DNA of 64,000 nt from an uncultured Planctomycetota bacterium (GTDB taxonomy: Bacteria; Planctomycetota; PLA2; JAEUHO01): the NCBI GenBank assembly GCA_963752285.1, contig CAVVXN010000005.1, positions 96,001 to 160,000 on the forward strand. The letters run 5' to 3'. A program made the translations under genes and the position numbers. Within the stretch, counting starts at the first letter, position 1; every line of letters begins with the position of its first letter. This document shows, piece by piece, positions 58,991-64,000 of the stretch. Under the pieces are notes generated by a model. The model searched no databases. It had not been told where the DNA came from and saw only the letters and a program-made list of their open reading frames with translations.

Positions 58991-59545
58991 ATGCCGCCCG
59001 CCACGGTCGCGACGCTGGGGGTGCTCGGCCTCTTCGCTCTCTGGGGCGCCCGGCGGGGGAGCCTTCGCCAGCTGGCCGCTCTGGGGGTCCTGGCCGTCGC
59101 CTTCCTGGTCGCGGCGCGGCTCGGGCCCCGCCTCCACGCGAGCGTCGAGAAGGCGATCACGCTGGGGGGCCGCGACCTCGCGCTCGTCGCCTGGTCGGCC
59201 GCGTTCCTCGGCGTGCTCCTCGCGGGCGCCGCGGTCCTCGCGCTGGTCGGCCCGTGGCTCTCCCGTGCGCGGCTCGGGTTCGGGGAGCGGACCGTGGGCG
59301 CGCTCCTCGGCCTCGTGCACGGCCTCGTGATCGTGACCCTGATCCTCCAGGGCGTTCGCGCGGCGTGGCCCCTGCCCGCGTCGCGCCCGATCTGGCTCCG
59401 CGTCGAGGGGACGCCGCTCTCGGACGGGGCGGACGCGGTCGGAGGGACGCTCGCGGGCGTCCTCCCCACGCCCCGCTGGCTCGCCGGGCCGCGCGGTCGG
59501 GTCCGGCGGTCCGGCGAGGGGGGCGCCGCGCCCGCGCCCCCGTAG
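58991..59545 (+). CDS. cvpA: CvpA (colicin V production) family membrane protein
   Basis: ALWGARRGSLRQL and LGFGERTVGALLGLVHG motifs; about four TM. An alternative GTG start lies at 58895. Confidence 0.75.
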   Translation: MPPATVATLGVLGLFALWGARRGSLRQLAALGVLAVAFLVAARLGPRLHASVEKAITLGGRDLALVAWSAAFLGVLLAGAAVLALVGPWLSRARLGFGERTVGALLGLVHGLVIVTLILQGVRAAWPLPASRPIWLRVEGTPLSDGADAVGGTLAGVLPTPRWLAGPRGRVRRSGEGGAAPAPP

Positions 59546-59595
59546 GTCGGCACGCGAGGTCGGCGTCCAAGCGCGAGGGGTACGATCGGCGCGAC

Positions 59596-62370
59596 ATGGG
59601 ACGCGAAGGCTGGATCTACGGGCTCGTCTTCGTCGCCATCCTGGGGGCGGGGGCGCTGATGCTGGGACCCCGGCTCGTGCGGCTCGCGGCGCCGGGGGTG
59701 CCGGCGCCCGGCGCCGCCCCCGGGGACGCGGGCGCGGTCCCGCCGCGCGCGAGATCGCCCGAAGGCCCCTCGGCGCCCGCCGGGCCATCGCCGGGCGGGG
59801 CGACCGCGGAGCCGGAGCCGCCTGCCGCGGCGGCGCCGATGCCCTGGATCGAGGTCCGGCTCCGTGGGCCCGCGGGCCCGCTCCGGGGCCCCGTGAAGCC
59901 GGTCGGCGGCGCGGAGGTCGATCGGTCGCCCGACACCTTGGACCCCGACGTGCTGGTCGTGCGCGCGACGGCGGACGTCGTCCGCTTCGGCGCGAGCGGG
60001 CACCAGTGGGTGTCGGTCGCGCGCGCGGCGCTCCACCCCGGGCTCGAGGTGGTCCTCCCCGAGGCGGCGCCGCCGATCGTGCTCCGCGTGCGCGAGGTGG
60101 ACGGTCGGCCGGCCCCGGGCGTGCCCGTCCTGGTGCTGCCGGCCGCGCCGGGACCGCTCCCCCGCACGGACGCGGGCGGGACGGTCGTGCTCGACGACCT
60201 GGCCCCGGGCCTCGTGGTCGTGGACGTGGGTGGACGGGAACGCCGGGGCCCGACGCTTCGGCTCCTCGCGGGCTCGGACCTCGACACGAAGGCCGTCCTG
60301 GAGCCCGCGTGGCGCATCACGGGCCGCGCGGTGGACGCGGGCGGGCGAGCGCTTGCGGGTACGCACGTGGACGCCGTCGCGGAAGACGGCCCGGTGGGCG
60401 GCCCGACCATGACGGACGAGGAGGGGCGCTTCACGTGGACGGGCCCCGTCCGGGACGCCGTCTCGCTCCGGCTCCGTGGCGACGCGTGCGCCCCGCGGGA
60501 GGTCGAGGTCCGCGCGCCGTCGCTCGGCGCGCTGGCCACCGACCTCGCCGACGTCGTGCTGGCGCGCCCGGGCGGGTCGATCGAGGGGCGCGTGACGGGC
60601 GTCACCGCCGTGTCGGCGGCGAAGGCCGAGGTCCGCGTCGAGCCGGCGGTCGCCGCGCTCCTCGGCGAGCTGTTCGGCCCGGACGCGGCGCTCGTGGAGC
60701 CGCGGCGCGTCCCGGTCGGTCCGGACGGCCGCTTCGAGGTGGACGACCTCCGCGCGGGGATCCCGCTACGGGTCTCGCTCCGCGGCCTGGGTCTCCCCCT
60801 CGACCAGCGCGTGACGCTCACCGACGGCGAGAAGATGTCGCTCGAGCTCGTGCCCGCGACCGGGCTCTCGCTCTCGGGGCGCGTGCTCGACGGCGGAGGC
60901 GGCGCGCCCGTCTTCGACCTCGCGCTGCTGGTCTCGACGGATCCCGCCGAGGGGGACGCCCGCCCGTCCGATCGCGAGGTGCGCACGGACCGCGCGGGGC
61001 GGTTCTCCGTCGGCGGGCTCTCCTCGGGGCCCGTCTACCTGCGCGCCGCGGTCCCGGGGCGCGGGGCGCTCGCCGTGGAGGCCTCCGTGCCTGCCGCGGC
61101 GCCGCTCGAGATCCAGCTCCCCCCGGCGGGATCGGGCCCCGCGCTCGAGGGCGTCGTCGTGGACGACGGGAACACGCCGCTTCTCGACGTGACGGTGCGC
61201 GCCGCGGGGCTTCGCACGCGCACGGGGGCGGACGGGCGCTTCCGCCTGGCCGGCGTCCGTTCGTTCGGCGACGCGGTGGACGTGACCGCGGCGTACGCGC
61301 CGGGTCCGGTGGCCTCCGGCGTCGATCCCCGACCCTTCGCGGACGGGGTCCGGCGTCGCGCGCGGCCCGCCGACGGTCCCGTGCGCCTCGTGCTGCCGCG
61401 CACGCGGTCCGTGAGCTTCACCGCGCTCGACGGCCTCGACGACGCGCCGCTCGCCTTCGTGCACGTCGTCGCGCGCACGGACGGGGGCGACGTCGTCGCC
61501 GACCGCGCGATCGCGCTCTCGTCGGGCGCCGGCCGCGTGGACGGGCTCCCGCCCATGACCGGGTACACGTTCGCCCTGTTCACGGCGCAGCACCGCAAGG
61601 TCGTGGTCGTGCCCCTGCGTTCGGACCTCGCGCCGGCTGCCGAGAGCGGTCTCGGCGTCGTGCGCCTCGGCCGGGGGATGCGCGTCCACGGCACCGTCGT
61701 GGACGCCGACGGGAAGCCGATCGCGCACGCGCGCGTCGGCGCGCTGGAGCCGGGGTGGCTCCGCACCCGGAGCTCCGACCCCGCGCTCGGACGCGAGCTC
61801 CTCGACCGCTGGGTGGACGCGGACGCGTCGGGGCGATTCCTGCTCCAGGGGCTCGACCCGCGACAGCCCGCGCCGCTCGCCGCGTGGGCGCCCGGCTACG
61901 CGCCGGTGGCGTGGCGCGCGCGCCTCGAGGAGTTCCGGGACGACCCCGACGTGTCGATCCAGATCCGTCTGCGCCGCGGCGGGTACCTCGACGTGGACCT
62001 CGTCGAGAGCGACGGGACGACGCCCGTCCCCGGGGCGATCCTCGACCTCGAGGACGCGCGCACGGGCTCCGACTACCTCGACGCGCTCCGCCGCGGGATG
62101 CTCGGCGGCCCGGTCGCCTCGGACGAGGACTGGCAGCTCGCCTCCGAGCACTACCTCTTCGAGCACGAGAAGAACGGGACCTACCGCCTCGGCCCGATCG
62201 CGCCGGGCCCGTACGACGTGTGGGTGGAGCGCCCCGGCTACCGTCCGCTCGAGCGCCGCCTCACCATCCTCGACCCGAGCGAGAGCGACGCGCTGATCGA
62301 CGTGGTCGCCGGCCGCGAGCGTCCCCTCGAGATGCTGACGCTCACCTGGACGCTCGAGGCGGCGCGCTGA
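59596..62370 (+). CDS. Membrane-anchored carboxypeptidase-regulatory-like repeat protein
   Basis: N-terminal TM; repeated units ITGRAVDAGGRALAG...TDEEGRF, LEGVVVDDGNTPL...TGADGRFRL and VHGTVVDADGKPIAHARV. TACGAT lies 9 nt before the ATG. Confidence 0.75.
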   Translation: MGREGWIYGLVFVAILGAGALMLGPRLVRLAAPGVPAPGAAPGDAGAVPPRARSPEGPSAPAGPSPGGATAEPEPPAAAAPMPWIEVRLRGPAGPLRGPVKPVGGAEVDRSPDTLDPDVLVVRATADVVRFGASGHQWVSVARAALHPGLEVVLPEAAPPIVLRVREVDGRPAPGVPVLVLPAAPGPLPRTDAGGTVVLDDLAPGLVVVDVGGRERRGPTLRLLAGSDLDTKAVLEPAWRITGRAVDAGGRALAGTHVDAVAEDGPVGGPTMTDEEGRFTWTGPVRDAVSLRLRGDACAPREVEVRAPSLGALATDLADVVLARPGGSIEGRVTGVTAVSAAKAEVRVEPAVAALLGELFGPDAALVEPRRVPVGPDGRFEVDDLRAGIPLRVSLRGLGLPLDQRVTLTDGEKMSLELVPATGLSLSGRVLDGGGGAPVFDLALLVSTDPAEGDARPSDREVRTDRAGRFSVGGLSSGPVYLRAAVPGRGALAVEASVPAAAPLEIQLPPAGSGPALEGVVVDDGNTPLLDVTVRAAGLRTRTGADGRFRLAGVRSFGDAVDVTAAYAPGPVASGVDPRPFADGVRRRARPADGPVRLVLPRTRSVSFTALDGLDDAPLAFVHVVARTDGGDVVADRAIALSSGAGRVDGLPPMTGYTFALFTAQHRKVVVVPLRSDLAPAAESGLGVVRLGRGMRVHGTVVDADGKPIAHARVGALEPGWLRTRSSDPALGRELLDRWVDADASGRFLLQGLDPRQPAPLAAWAPGYAPVAWRARLEEFRDDPDVSIQIRLRRGGYLDVDLVESDGTTPVPGAILDLEDARTGSDYLDALRRGMLGGPVASDEDWQLASEHYLFEHEKNGTYRLGPIAPGPYDVWVERPGYRPLERRLTILDPSESDALIDVVAGRERPLEMLTLTWTLEAAR

Positions 62371-62389
62371 TCGGCGCGCGACCGGCGCC

Positions 62390-63898
62390 TCAGCGGCCGT
62401 TCCGGCCGTTCGCGCCGACCGAGAGCGCCGTCCGCGCCTCCCGGCTCCGCTCCGACTCGATGGTCCGTAGCACCTGCGACGTCACGTCGCCGGTCGGGTA
62501 CACGCCGTCCATGCACGCCATGCAGAAGCGCTCCACGCGCTTCATCGGACCGCGCACGGCCTTCGCCATCTCGTCGATGGTCATGTACACGACCGCGTCG
62601 GCGCCGATCGCCTTCGCCACGCGCTCGTCGGTGCTCTCGCGCCGCGCGAGGAACTCGCCCTTCGTCTGCATGTCGATGCCGTACACGCACGGATGCTGGA
62701 TGCGGGGCGCCGTGATGCCGACGTAGACCTCCGCCGCGCCGGCCTGCCGCACCATCTCGACCACGGCCCGCGTGGTGGTCCCGCGCACGAGGCTGTCGTC
62801 CACCAGGAGGACGCGCTTGCCTTCGAGCTCCATCGGGAGCGTCGTGAGCTTCGCCCGGACGCTCTTCGCGCGGTTCACGCCCTGCGGCATGATGAAGGTG
62901 CGACCGATGTACCGGTTCTTGAGCAGGCCCTCGCGGTAGCGGACGTCGAGCGCGCGCGCACACTCCAGCGCCGCCGGGCGTGCCGAGTCGGGCACGGGGA
63001 CGACCACGTCGGCCGCGATGCCGCGCGCGAGCACGAGCCCGGCGAGGGCTTCGCCGAGGCGCAGGCGCGCCTTGTACACGCTGATGTCGTCGATCACGCT
63101 GTCGGGTCGCGCGAAGTAGATGTACTCGAACACGCACGGCCGGTGCTTGCCGCGCCCGCGCCCGTTCAGGACCTTGTTCTGGAGCCGGCCCGACGGCGTG
63201 ACGAGCACCACCTCGCCGGGATCGAGGTCGCGGACGAGCTCGAAGCCGATGGCGGCGAGCGCCGCGCTCTCGCTCGCGACCGCCCACTCCGTGCGCCGCC
63301 CGCGACGCCGCGAACCGAGCACGGCCGGCTTGATGCCGTACGGGTCGCGGAAGGCGAGGAGCCCCTTCCCGCCGACGATCGCGACGCCGCTGTACGAGCC
63401 GTGCACGCGGCGAAACACGTCCTGCATCGCGTGGAAGGCGGCGTTGGGCCAGCCGCGCCCGCGCTCCTGCGCCAGGCCCGCGGCGAACACGTTGAGGATC
63501 GCCTCCACGTCGCAGGCGGTGCCGAGGCGCCGGCGGTCGCGCGTCGCGAGCTCGCGCTTCAGGGCGGGGAAGTTCGTCACGTTGCCGTTGTGGGCCATCG
63601 CGATGCCGTACGGCGCGTTCACGTAGAGCGGCTGCGCGTCCGCGGACGTTCCGCTCCCGACCGTGGGGTACCGCGTGTGCCCGATCGCCACCCGGCCCTT
63701 GAGCGACGGCAGGTTCGTCGCGTCGTCCAGCCGGAAGACCTCGCTGACGAGGCCCTGGTTGCGAACGGTGTGGAAGGTCTCCCCGTCGAACGAGGTAATG
63801 CCCGCGGCGTCCTGGCCGCGGTGCTGCAGCGCGAGGAGGGCGTCCGCGACCTCGAGGGCCGCGTCGGGACCGGCGTGGATGCCGAAGAAGCCGCACAT
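62390..63898 (-). CDS. purF: Amidophosphoribosyltransferase
   Basis: MCGFFG (N-terminal Cys), QHRGQD, GHTRYPT, HNGN, CVFEYIYFARPDS, LVDDSLVRGTT, FCMAC. Confidence 0.97.
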   Translation of the reverse strand: MCGFFGIHAGPDAALEVADALLALQHRGQDAAGITSFDGETFHTVRNQGLVSEVFRLDDATNLPSLKGRVAIGHTRYPTVGSGTSADAQPLYVNAPYGIAMAHNGNVTNFPALKRELATRDRRRLGTACDVEAILNVFAAGLAQERGRGWPNAAFHAMQDVFRRVHGSYSGVAIVGGKGLLAFRDPYGIKPAVLGSRRRGRRTEWAVASESAALAAIGFELVRDLDPGEVVLVTPSGRLQNKVLNGRGRGKHRPCVFEYIYFARPDSVIDDISVYKARLRLGEALAGLVLARGIAADVVVPVPDSARPAALECARALDVRYREGLLKNRYIGRTFIMPQGVNRAKSVRAKLTTLPMELEGKRVLLVDDSLVRGTTTRAVVEMVRQAGAAEVYVGITAPRIQHPCVYGIDMQTKGEFLARRESTDERVAKAIGADAVVYMTIDEMAKAVRGPMKRVERFCMACMDGVYPTGDVTSQVLRTIESERSREARTALSVGANGRNGR

Positions 63899-64000
63899 CC
63901 GAGGAGGATCTCCAGTTCCGAAGGGCCGTAGAGTGTACGACCACCTCCTGCGTGGAGACCGTCTGGCGAGCGAGAGGGCGTTCGGCCCGCGGGTCGGCGC

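Overview
Very GC-rich bacterial chromosomal window with about 48 genes and no rRNA, tRNA, CRISPR array or recognisable transposase. The gene repertoire suggests Planctomycetota or a similar lineage (inference). In order: (1) a prenyltransferase-repeat protein, a degenerate protoporphyrinogen-oxidase-like gene and a secreted beta-sandwich protein; (2) a type III PKS cluster (NtrC-type activator, sensor kinase, FAD oxidoreductase, MMPL transporter, YceI protein, lipoprotein, PKS, HpnO-like aminotransferase) with three visible sigma-54 promoters and a shared upstream motif; (3) secreted proteins and an ECF sigma/anti-sigma gene run with three CsgG/TolB_N-like proteins and an HExxH protein; (4) the standout: a stand-alone 825-aa ORF fusing a DUF222-like domain, an HNH nuclease and a full-length RuvB-like AAA+ motor, preceded by an exact match to the actinobacterial PafBC/RecA-NDp DNA-damage promoter (TGTCGG-N10-TAnnnT); (5) ccsA-like, hemA, hemE, hemN, xseB, ispA, ahcY, egtD, nadK; (6) DUF58, BatA, an apparently inactive ADP-ribosylglycohydrolase and a MacB/LolCDE-type ABC transporter; (7) an ArsR-regulated CzcCBA-type efflux operon with an extra small Cys-rich gene; (8) an ECF/zinc anti-sigma pair with an apparently inactive HtrA-like protein, cvpA and purF. 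At least four apparent frameshifts suggest assembly indels. All family calls come from motif recognition by eye; no database search was run.
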